From a virus (Duplodnaviria > Caudoviricetes), in IMG/VR virus record IMGVR_UViG_3300046049_000069, positions 1-33,522 of that record: DNA of 33,522 nt; one strand, given 5' to 3'. Of this stretch, positions 25,659 through 33,522 are shown in pieces (positions within the stretch are counted from its first letter, which is position 1; the number at the start of each line of letters is the position of its first letter). A program made the translations under genes and the position numbers. The notes beneath the pieces were generated by a model. That model was not told the origin of the DNA and ran no database searches. It worked only from the letters and a program-made list of their open reading frames with translations.

Positions 25659-26843
25659 TTACTGTCGGTCCGCGTTGTCGATGACTCGGTAGCCGTGGTC
25701 CGAGAGGACTCCGGCGACGGCGACGAGTTCGTCTGCGTCCACGGTCCACGCTTCACGGTCCGAGTCAAAGGTCCGGTGGGTTTCGTTCCACGGCGTCTCT
25801 TTGATAGCCTTGTTAAACGGCGTTTCACTATCGGGGGTATCCCACGGCGCGGGTGCGTCGAGTACCGCTTTCATGCCGTACTCGGATTCAACGATCTTCG
25901 TAACGCGGACCGTCGAGTGGCTGTGGGCGTCCGGCGAGGATTCGACGAGTTCGGCGTCCGGGACGTCGGCCCACGGCGACCTGTCGGCGTCCGCGTCGTC
26001 GGCGTTGTAGCGGGACTCGAACGCTCGGGCGGCGCGGGCATGGGCGGACCCTAAGGCCTCGTCGAACGCGTCCGCGACCGTCCCGACCTCGTAGTGTTCC
26101 TGTATGTTGTTGTCGTAGGCGACGAGTGGCTGGTCGGCTATCGCGTCGTAGGTTGGGAGGTCGCCCTCGGGGTCGAGGTCGCCCGGCGGGTCGCCCGATT
26201 CGACGACGCGGAGGGGGCCGTCAAAGTTGGAGTCGTAGCGGAACGCGCCTTGGCCTTTCTGTCCGGCGACGGTTTGGTGGAACGTGCGAACGGCGCGGTG
26301 GACGACGAGACGGTTCGAATCTTTTTCGTTTCGGGTGAACGCGTAGAACCCGCCGCGGGGTCCCTGAACGAGGGCGAACCGGCTTCCCGTGAGGGTTCCC
26401 CATGCGTTCGGGTTCAAAAATACGTCTCCGTCGCGGAGGTCGCGGCCGTACTCGGGCGGGGAGTAGGCGGGTTCGTCCGGTTGGGACGCGGGGGGTGTCC
26501 CCGAGATAACGGAGGCGGTGAGAGCCTGTCCTATGCGGTCCTCGGGTTCGACGACGCGGGCGACGGTCGCGGGCTGTTAACGGTCGGCCCACAGGATACG
26601 GTCGCCGGGTTTGAGGTACTCAAGGGCGTCCACCGGTCGTCCGGCGTCCTCACCGGCTAACCCGAACTCCGTCGGGAGGTCGCGGGCGTCGGCGTCCGCC
26701 TGGGGTTTGCCGCCGTCCGTTCGGATCTCCGCGTCGAGGTAGTCTGTGGCGGCGTCGCGGAGGGCGTTCTCCGCGGCGTCGCGTCCGTTTTCTCGTTCTA
26801 TCTGTCGAACCGTGTCGAGAACTGCGTTCGTCGGTCTGTTCAT
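25659..26843 (-). pseudogene. Single ~394-codon minus-strand gene interrupted by one in-frame TAA (26579-26577)
   Basis: ORFs 26577..26843 and 25659..26417 are in the same frame; the linker reads WADR*QPATVARVVEPED...DVFLNPNAW with no other stop; promoter GGTAACTTTATT and AGGAGG upstream. Confidence 0.7.
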
Positions 26844-26994
26844 AGCGGGTGTCCTCCTACGGTCTACGTTACGGAGAGGGGTATAATAAAGTTACCGGAC
26901 ACAAGGGGGAGTGTATAGCCGGCTGTATAGTCCCCACGTTCCATTATACGTAAGGCCCACCCGCCTCTACGCTACGGACGAGGGTTCCCACATA

Positions 26995-28524
26995 ATGCCG
27001 GAGTCGTTCGACGAGGCGTTCCCCGGCGGCGTCGAAGAGTGTACCCGCCGGCTCGGACAGGAACCCTCCATAGACGACCCGGAGGCGCTCTGTGGGTGGC
27101 TACAAGAACACGGGTTCGAGGCTATCGCGGACGCGGATCCGGACTCTATCCTCGCAGGGCTGGACGTCGAGTTCGTCTCCGTCGTCGACGAACCCGCACA
27201 AGACTCCGAGTGGCTCCTCGCCAAGTCCGCGGACGCGGACGCAAACGAGTGGACGCCCGGCGAGGACAAACTCAACAGCGCCCCCGTCCTCCTCAAACAA
27301 GGCAACGACGACGAGGCGGACGGGGACGACCCGGAGCGAAAGGTCTTCGCGGCGGTTCTCAAACCCGGCGAGGAGGACGCCCACGGAGATCTCCCGCCCG
27401 AACCCGAGATCGAGTCCGCCGCACATGCGTGGATGAAAGAGTCCCGGAAAATGGACTCCGACCACGACCTCCTCGACGGCGAAGGCGTCCCGATAGAGTC
27501 GTATATCGTTCGGGGCGACCCGGACGGGTTCACGACGCCCGACGGGAACACACGAGAATACCCCGAAGGAACGTGGATCCTGGGGGCTGAACTCTCCGAG
27601 GAGGCATGGAAACGGGTCGAGAACGGGGAACTCACAGGGTTCTCCATCTATGGAGGCGCGACGCGGATCAATCCGGACGCCCTCCGGACGGAGGAACAGA
27701 AACAAGCAAACGAGATCCTCAAGGCGGTCAACCTCGACGACTTAGCGGACGCTGTGGCGGCGTTCGAGGCGGACACGGGGGACGACCTCTCCGAGGCGAC
27801 CCTCGTCGAGTTCCTCACCTGGGTCGAGGCAAACCCCAACTACGACGAGACCGACGACGAGAACGTAGCGGACGGGACCCACGACTCCAACTCCAACTCC
27901 AACTCCGACGACGAGGACGACGAGGACGACGAGGACGAGGAAGAGGGCTCTATGTCCAAGGACGACGCGGTCGCGGAACAGGCGCGGGAAACACTCACGG
28001 TTTTACAGAAACACATGGGAGACGCCAACTCCGACGACGGTACCGAGGACGGACAGAACGAGATCTCGGACACGCTGGACGAGATCCGGGATCTCGCCAA
28101 GGAAACGAACGAGACGGTCCAGAAACACGCGGACCGCCTCGAATCACTCCGCGGCGACTACGACGAACTCCGCGACGAACTCGACGAGGTTCGGAAAGCG
28201 GTCGGGCTCGTCGACGGCGACGACTCCGGCGACGAGGGCGACGAGGCGGGCGAACAGACCACGGCCGGGGAGGGCGACCCCGACCCGGACGGCGGCGACG
28301 CCGACGGTGAGGCGGCGAAGGCGGTCGCGGACCTCCGCGACGACCTCGAAAAAGCTGGACTCCTCAACGACGACGAGGACGGCGACGGACACGACGAGGA
28401 CGTGACCCGGAAGGCACAGAAGAACGCGAACGTCGAGGGCGGCGGCGAGGAGAACGTCGAAAAGTCGGACGACGACGACCTCAACGTCACGTTCGAGGGG
28501 ATCACGGAGGCGACGGGAGACTAA
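26995..28524 (+). CDS. XkdF-like prohead serine protease fused to an acidic coiled-coil scaffold
   Basis: VSVVDEPA, VLKPG..DAHGD, DSDH, IESYI, GTWILG, W.RVENGELTGFSIYG; directly upstream of the capsid gene; ATG at 26995. Confidence 0.85.
   Translation: MPESFDEAFPGGVEECTRRLGQEPSIDDPEALCGWLQEHGFEAIADADPDSILAGLDVEFVSVVDEPAQDSEWLLAKSADADANEWTPGEDKLNSAPVLLKQGNDDEADGDDPERKVFAAVLKPGEEDAHGDLPPEPEIESAAHAWMKESRKMDSDHDLLDGEGVPIESYIVRGDPDGFTTPDGNTREYPEGTWILGAELSEEAWKRVENGELTGFSIYGGATRINPDALRTEEQKQANEILKAVNLDDLADAVAAFEADTGDDLSEATLVEFLTWVEANPNYDETDDENVADGTHDSNSNSNSDDEDDEDDEDEEEGSMSKDDAVAEQARETLTVLQKHMGDANSDDGTEDGQNEISDTLDEIRDLAKETNETVQKHADRLESLRGDYDELRDELDEVRKAVGLVDGDDSGDEGDEAGEQTTAGEGDPDPDGGDADGEAAKAVADLRDDLEKAGLLNDDEDGDGHDEDVTRKAQKNANVEGGGEENVEKSDDDDLNVTFEGITEATGD
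27883..27906 (+). repeat. Hexamer microsatellite (ACTCCA)n encoding SNSNSNS
   Basis: Seen directly in the sequence. Confidence 0.8.
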
Positions 28525-28526
28525 CC

Positions 28527-29729
28527 ATGTCACAGCCACAACCCAACGGGCTTCCGCCGGAGCGAAAAACGGTCAAGAGCCGGTCGCCAAATATCCCGTC
28601 CGCGTCCGCCGCACACCGGGCGTCGTTCGGGGACCTGTTCGAGGTCGTGCAGAAGGAAACGGGGAACCCGGACCTGGATAGAGTTCTCTACTCGGATCCC
28701 TGCGGCTGGATGGCGGGCGGAGAGATCGGGAAGAACGCCGTCCACTACCCCACGCAGATGTTCGAGGGGACCGGACAGGGCGACGGGTGGGAAGCGGTGT
28801 TCAAGCGGTGGAACAGCCTCCGACCCGGCGCGGACACGTCCCTGTTCGAGGCGTCCATGGAACTCAAAAAGGCCATGGACACGACCTCGTTCAGCCTCCC
28901 CATCTTCGTCTCGCCCGAGGTCTACGTCTCCTCGGGACAGAACACGCCGCTCGCGGACATGATGGCACGCGTCGCGGTGCAGGAGGAGACCATCGAGGCG
29001 GACGAACAGACCGACGTCGGGGACGTCAACTCGTTCTCGGAGACGGGGACCTACACCCAAACCGACGACACCTACGGGAACCACTCCTACGACGTGGACG
29101 CCTACGGCCGCGAGGCGGAGGTCACGGATTTCGTCCAACTCGCGGCGTCCAGCCTCCGCTCAACGCGGTCCACGACGGAGGAGGGCGTCATGCGGGCCAT
29201 GCGACAGTACGAAGAGGCCCAAGTCATCCGCGGAACCAACAACGACGCCTCCGGGTTCGACGGGTTCGAGGATCTCGTCTCAACCGCCTCCCCGGATCTA
29301 TCTATCGACCTCTCGGGCGCCACGCTGTCTATCGACGACATCTACGACGTGGAGGAATCCCTCGAACGGGAGGGCGCGGACCTTCAGAACGTCGTTCACG
29401 TCACCGCCCACAGCCCCTACTACGACCTCAAGAAGGAACTCGACGACTTCACGGAGTTCACGAACCCGGGCGACGAACTCGACTTCGGGTTTGAGGGGAT
29501 CATGGTGGACGGAAGCCCCATCCTCAAAAGCCACGGCGTCAACAACACGGCGTCGTCGCGGGACGTGTGGAGTCTCGACATGGGCGGGTGGTACATGGGG
29601 ATGTTACAGGACGCGACCCTTCACCCCCTCGCAAAGACGGGGCCGCAGGAGACGTTCGCGGTGGACGCCTACGGGACGCTCGTCGGAGAGGGAATTAACC
29701 ACCTCCACCGGATCCAGAACGTCGCCTAA
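28527..29729 (+). CDS. Major capsid protein (HK97 fold)
   Basis: 400 aa after the protease; LPIFVSPEV...TPL, EEAQVIRG...GFDG, VDGSPI, PLAKTG patterns; strongly biased codons. Confidence 0.85.
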   Translation: MSQPQPNGLPPERKTVKSRSPNIPSASAAHRASFGDLFEVVQKETGNPDLDRVLYSDPCGWMAGGEIGKNAVHYPTQMFEGTGQGDGWEAVFKRWNSLRPGADTSLFEASMELKKAMDTTSFSLPIFVSPEVYVSSGQNTPLADMMARVAVQEETIEADEQTDVGDVNSFSETGTYTQTDDTYGNHSYDVDAYGREAEVTDFVQLAASSLRSTRSTTEEGVMRAMRQYEEAQVIRGTNNDASGFDGFEDLVSTASPDLSIDLSGATLSIDDIYDVEESLEREGADLQNVVHVTAHSPYYDLKKELDDFTEFTNPGDELDFGFEGIMVDGSPILKSHGVNNTASSRDVWSLDMGGWYMGMLQDATLHPLAKTGPQETFAVDAYGTLVGEGINHLHRIQNVA

Positions 29730-29739
29730 CGACAGAACC

Positions 29740-30021
29740 ATGGGACAGACACCTACCAAGCAGGCGAACGCGCACAAGGAACACGGACAGCGGTCCGAAA
29801 CCCACAGCGTGGACGTGTCTACGGACTCGAACGGCGACGGGTCCGCGACAGTCACATGGGACGAGGGGTTCGGCGGGAACGTTCGGGTGTTCCCCGCCCT
29901 CCCCGAACAGGGGGACGTGTGGGTTTCCTCGAAAGGGGATTCACAGGCGACGGTGAACGTCGGCGGTGCGACCGCCTCCTCCACGGTTACGGTGGAGGTC
30001 GTCGCGTTCGGAGACGACTAA
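29740..30021 (+). CDS. Small beta-rich capsid decoration or fibre-tip-like protein
   Basis: Immediately after the MCP; VTWDEGF....V...VVAFG pattern. Confidence 0.6.
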   Translation: MGQTPTKQANAHKEHGQRSETHSVDVSTDSNGDGSATVTWDEGFGGNVRVFPALPEQGDVWVSSKGDSQATVNVGGATASSTVTVEVVAFGDD

Positions 30022-30127
30022 CCTCTGTCTCCGCAGCGTAGACCACGACCACCTGGTTTTTCTCCTGGTCGTCGCGGAACGTACCTTTTAGACCGGTCGG
30101 GTTGCGATACGGGTAAGAACCCGAGAC

Positions 30128-30967
30128 ATGTCCAGTATCTCCTCGGAGGTCATCGACGAGGTCCCGTACGCCTCCCCGGACGACGTGTTAAAGCACATCC
30201 GGAACCGGGACAGTTTCTCCGACCCCGGCGAGTCGGAGGCTATCAGTATGCTCATGGACCGGACGGACTTTGTGGACGACCGGACGAATCGGGCGTGGCG
30301 GCGACGGGAAGTCGCGGGCTACGAGCGATCCGTCACGCTGTCTCACCTACAGAAACAGCAACGGCACAGGCGGCGGGCGCGGCGTCGTCGGAGTGGCCGC
30401 CGCCTCCGCGGCCCAACACAACTCCCGGACCCCTACGCCCCGGTCCAACTCCCCTACCTAAACACACAGTCTATAGAACGCCTCGAACTCATAGCCGGGG
30501 AGTCCTATACCGATATCTCCGCGGACGGCGTGGAGTCCGTCTCCTCCGAGAGTGACGTTGAGGATAACCTGTGGTATCTGCAGGGGTCGCGGGGCCGCGT
30601 CCAGATAGATGTGGCCGCTCTCACGGTCGGACCGAACACACGACAGGGCCGGGTCGTCGACCCGACGACCGCGGTCGTGACGTTCCGATACGGGACGGAC
30701 GAGACCGCCGCGGCGACGGAGGCGGGGAACGGAACCATCAATGGGACGACGGACCCGAACACCACCTCCGCCGGGGTCTCAACCAGCGTCCCGGACTCCG
30801 TTCGGGAGGCAGTTGGAAAACTCGTCGCGGCGGACCTCGCCCGGATGGACAGCGTGGGGGACATGTTCCGAACGTCCGGCGACGACCTCGACCTCTCGGA
30901 CGCGGCGAACGACCTACAGGAGGACGCGATGGACGCAATAAACGAGTGGCGGCGGGAGATCCCATAA
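30128..30967 (+). CDS. Head-tail adaptor (gp6/gp15-like)
   Basis: YASPDDV N-terminus, VDDRTNR.W, VTFRYG, VPDSVREAV..LVA; gene position. Confidence 0.7.
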   Translation: MSSISSEVIDEVPYASPDDVLKHIRNRDSFSDPGESEAISMLMDRTDFVDDRTNRAWRRREVAGYERSVTLSHLQKQQRHRRRARRRRSGRRLRGPTQLPDPYAPVQLPYLNTQSIERLELIAGESYTDISADGVESVSSESDVEDNLWYLQGSRGRVQIDVAALTVGPNTRQGRVVDPTTAVVTFRYGTDETAAATEAGNGTINGTTDPNTTSAGVSTSVPDSVREAVGKLVAADLARMDSVGDMFRTSGDDLDLSDAANDLQEDAMDAINEWRREIP

Positions 30968-31524
30968 TGGCGAGAGTTGAGACAACCCGAAACCTCGACG
31001 CCCTCGACGAGATAACGAGCGGGTTCGACGTGGAGGGCTCGTACGGGTACACAGCGGACCACGCCCCGTACGTGAATTGGGAAACGGTGTACGCCGGGAC
31101 CAGCCCACCGTTTGCCCCGATCCGAGAGTGGGTTCACCGGAAATGGACCGACCTCGACGCTGGCCTAAAGTCCGCCGCGGATCCGGCGGGAACCCTCACA
31201 AAAGAAGAACACAAAGACGCGGTCGCGTGGATCGTCGTCGGCGCTATCGCGGAAAACGGCACGAAAGCTATCCGGTATATGGAGCGGTCTATGGAACGGA
31301 CGAAAGCAAACCAGGGGGCGATAGCGGCACAGTATCAGGGGTCCGAGGACCTCCACGCCCCGTTCAAACTCGTTCGGGACTTTCTGGACGTCGCGTTCGG
31401 AGCGTCGCAGGATATCGTCGCGGACGAAGCGACAGACACCGGAAAACTCCTCCAAAGTGGGTTCGTTTCGGTGGAGGAGCTGAACACAGGAACGGGCTTT
31501 GAACGGGAGGGCGGAGGGGAGTAA
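30967..31524 (+). CDS. HK97 gp10-like tail completion/neck protein
   Basis: YTADHAPYVNW, PPFAPIREWV..K, I...GT....YM, DTGKLLQSG; TAATG coupling. Confidence 0.6.
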   Translation: MARVETTRNLDALDEITSGFDVEGSYGYTADHAPYVNWETVYAGTSPPFAPIREWVHRKWTDLDAGLKSAADPAGTLTKEEHKDAVAWIVVGAIAENGTKAIRYMERSMERTKANQGAIAAQYQGSEDLHAPFKLVRDFLDVAFGASQDIVADEATDTGKLLQSGFVSVEELNTGTGFEREGGGE

Positions 31525-31527
31525 CCG

Positions 31528-31989
31528 ATGGCGGATCCGGACTACGACGTTCCCGCGAAAATAGTTGAGATTTTAGATACGGAGTGGGACACGAATAACG
31601 CCTCGAAACCGGGGGTTATCCGTGTTCGTCGAGCGGAGCAAAGCGTCTCGCCGGGGACGGACGAGTATATCCTCGTCGCCTCAACACAGGAACTCCTCCC
31701 CGAGTGGCGCGGTGGGAGACAGACCCGCGACCACTCCGCCGCGGCGTTCGCGGAGGTAAAAACCATCACCTCCCACTCCCGGCGGATGGAGATCTTTAAC
31801 GAGATAGACCGGATAGTCGTGGACCACCGGGACCGTCGAGACGCGGAACAGAACTCCGAACGGTCTGAACCTATCGGGGATTGGGATACGCTGGACTACA
31901 ACGCGACCATGCCGGACGAGGAGATATTCGACGTGTTCCCGATAGAATACACCTTTTCGTTTACCGCCCGTTCGAGGGTTCCTGGGTAG
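31528..31989 (+). CDS. Putative tail terminator protein
   Basis: Size and position just before the tail tube gene. Confidence 0.55.
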   Translation: MADPDYDVPAKIVEILDTEWDTNNASKPGVIRVRRAEQSVSPGTDEYILVASTQELLPEWRGGRQTRDHSAAAFAEVKTITSHSRRMEIFNEIDRIVVDHRDRRDAEQNSERSEPIGDWDTLDYNATMPDEEIFDVFPIEYTFSFTARSRVPG

Positions 31990-31992
31990 TCG

Positions 31993-32009
31993 CGTAGCCT
32001 ACTCTTAAG
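31993..32009 (+). promoter_or_regulatory. CGTAG-N6-CTTAAG promoter of the tail tube gene
   Basis: CGCGTAGCCTACTCTTAAG, 30 bp before ATG 32039. Confidence 0.65.
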
Positions 32010-32038
32010 GTTCGTCCCGAGGAGGAGTTGGGTAAGAC

Positions 32039-33064
32039 ATGTCCATTTCCGGCGACCCACAGAAAGGACACGACTCGGATATCCTCGTTGGGCTACAAAA
32101 CGCACAGCGGACGACCGTCACCCCCGATAGGCGTTTCGGGTTTATAGAGGAGGAGACGGACCACCCGGATCCCGAGGTTGAGTGGAACGAACAGTATCTA
32201 ATCGGGACCGGTCGAGAACAGCATGGAAAGGACGAGGGACAGCGGACGTATGAGGGTGGCTCGTACCCGATTATCCCCTACGACGGGTTCCCTATCTATC
32301 TCCTGTTCGGGGCGTATCAATCGTTTACCGCGGACTCTCCCTCAACGGGGACGGACACTCACACGTTCGAGGTGTTAGGCGGGGACGGGGGTTCCGCCAC
32401 GGAGTCGCCGCCGACGTTCACGGTTGAGGGGATCCACTACGGGCGCGGCGGGGCGTCGGACTTTGTGCGGACGTTTAACACGGTCGGCGTCTCCTCCGGG
32501 GAGATCTCCGTGGATAACGAGGGGCGACTCACGACGACGCTGGACACGCTCGCCCTCGGCGTCTCCCCTGGGTCCAGCCCGACCGCTATTTCTTCCGTTC
32601 CGGACCGGAACCCGTGGCTGTTTTCGGATATCTCGTCTAACTTTTCGTTCGACGGGACGACGTTCGCCCGGTTCGAGGAGTTCACGTATAGCCTCAATCA
32701 GAACGCCTCCGCAAAACACTACGTTGAGTCCGACCGCGCCCCGGACCCGTATGAGATCCTCTGGGGCGGACAGGCGAACCATGAACTAACTGCAACTATC
32801 ACGGTCGTCGACGACACGCTCTACTCGGAACTCACGTCCGCGACGGACGGGGGCGTGAACGTGAACTTCCGATTCACCCGACCGAACGGGGACTATATGG
32901 ACTTTGACTTGCAGGCGACGAACCTCACGGAGGTCCCCCATACGACCCCCCGCGGCGAAAGTGGAGACGACGACGCCGTTCAGGTTGAGGCCACTATCGT
33001 CCCGGAGTCGGTCGTCGTCGAGGTGACGGACTCGAACTCCGCCGGGGCCCGCTACGACGCGTAA
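32039..33064 (+). CDS. Major tail tube protein (non-contractile type)
   Basis: 341 aa rich in S/T/G; THTF...PPTFTVE...P..F pattern; no sheath gene precedes it. Confidence 0.75.
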   Translation: MSISGDPQKGHDSDILVGLQNAQRTTVTPDRRFGFIEEETDHPDPEVEWNEQYLIGTGREQHGKDEGQRTYEGGSYPIIPYDGFPIYLLFGAYQSFTADSPSTGTDTHTFEVLGGDGGSATESPPTFTVEGIHYGRGGASDFVRTFNTVGVSSGEISVDNEGRLTTTLDTLALGVSPGSSPTAISSVPDRNPWLFSDISSNFSFDGTTFARFEEFTYSLNQNASAKHYVESDRAPDPYEILWGGQANHELTATITVVDDTLYSELTSATDGGVNVNFRFTRPNGDYMDFDLQATNLTEVPHTTPRGESGDDDAVQVEATIVPESVVVEVTDSNSAGARYDA

Positions 33065-33116
33065 CACGCCGTAGTCTCCCGATACTATTTTACTACCTCC
33101 CTGCGGTTCGTAGAGT

Positions 33117-33522
33117 ATGTCGTTTCAAAACACCCCGGAGGACACGGAAACGGGGACCTATCAGGACGCGACCGTCGACGAGACGGAGACGACGGAGGTA
33201 TGGAAAGAGATAGCGGTCGAGGACGAGGGCGAGACCGTCACGAAGACGTTCGGGTTCATCATTATCCCGGCGTCGAACGTCTCATGGGCACGAAAGAACA
33301 CCCTCGTTCAGGAGGTCGCCCGGTCGTCTCCCGGACCCGGGTTCGACGCGATACAGTATTATAAAGAAATGTTCGACTATCAGGTGCAGGAAACCTCGTT
33401 CCTCCCGGATAATAAGACGGTGAAGGCGTGGCTGGACGAGGGCGCGGACCACCGTCTCGTCAGGGAGTTAGAGGACTTAGCCCCGGACCCATTGAACCTC
33501 GGAGACGACGAGGGCATGAAAG
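33117..33522 (+). CDS. Putative tail assembly chaperone, 3'-partial
   Basis: Translated manually: MSFQNTPEDTETGTYQDATVDE..., open to the window end; follows the tail tube gene; TTTTTA upstream. Confidence 0.6.
   Translation, partial: MSFQNTPEDTETGTYQDATVDETETTEVWKEIAVEDEGETVTKTFGFIIIPASNVSWARKNTLVQEVARSSPGPGFDAIQYYKEMFDYQVQETSFLPDNKTVKAWLDEGADHRLVRELEDLAPDPLNLGDDEGMK

Noticed and set aside
25437-25660. Full CRISPR array
   Set aside because: Only one intact repeat and at most one degenerate copy
84-33067. Numerous long minus-strand and alternate-frame ORFs rich in Arg/Pro/Ser or Val/Leu
   Set aside because: Shadow frames of GC-rich, GAC/GAG-biased genes; they overlap better-supported acidic ORFs
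1-33522. Integrase, transposase, cas genes, DNA polymerase or tail sheath
   Set aside because: No recognisable motifs in this window, so provirus versus free virus cannot be decided

Overview
The window is a 33.5 kb segment of a GC-rich, tailed haloarchaeal virus or provirus (HK97-type capsid, probably siphovirus-like), judged from its very acidic proteins, archaeal TATA promoters and many CPxCG zinc-finger microproteins. Almost all genes are on the + strand. The left part is accessory or early: an AT-rich symmetric 97-bp-period element (683-966), a HerA/FtsK-like ATPase, a PAPS-reductase-family protein, an XRE regulator, a ubiquitin-like protein and many small ORFs. Next come TerS (11379), TerL (13771) and about 5 kb of small genes including a MazG-like protein. 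The structural block follows: portal-MuF fusion, beta-rich virion proteins, XkdF-type prohead protease/scaffold, major capsid protein, head-tail proteins, tail tube and a partial tail chaperone. Most notable: (i) an island among the head genes with an HTH gene, a structured non-coding segment holding a solitary 37-nt CRISPR-repeat-like unit (25488-25524), and a convergent gene split by one in-frame TAA; (ii) the periodic palindrome at 683-966; (iii) a viral ubiquitin-fold protein lacking a di-Gly tail. All calls come from reading motifs by eye; no database searches were run.
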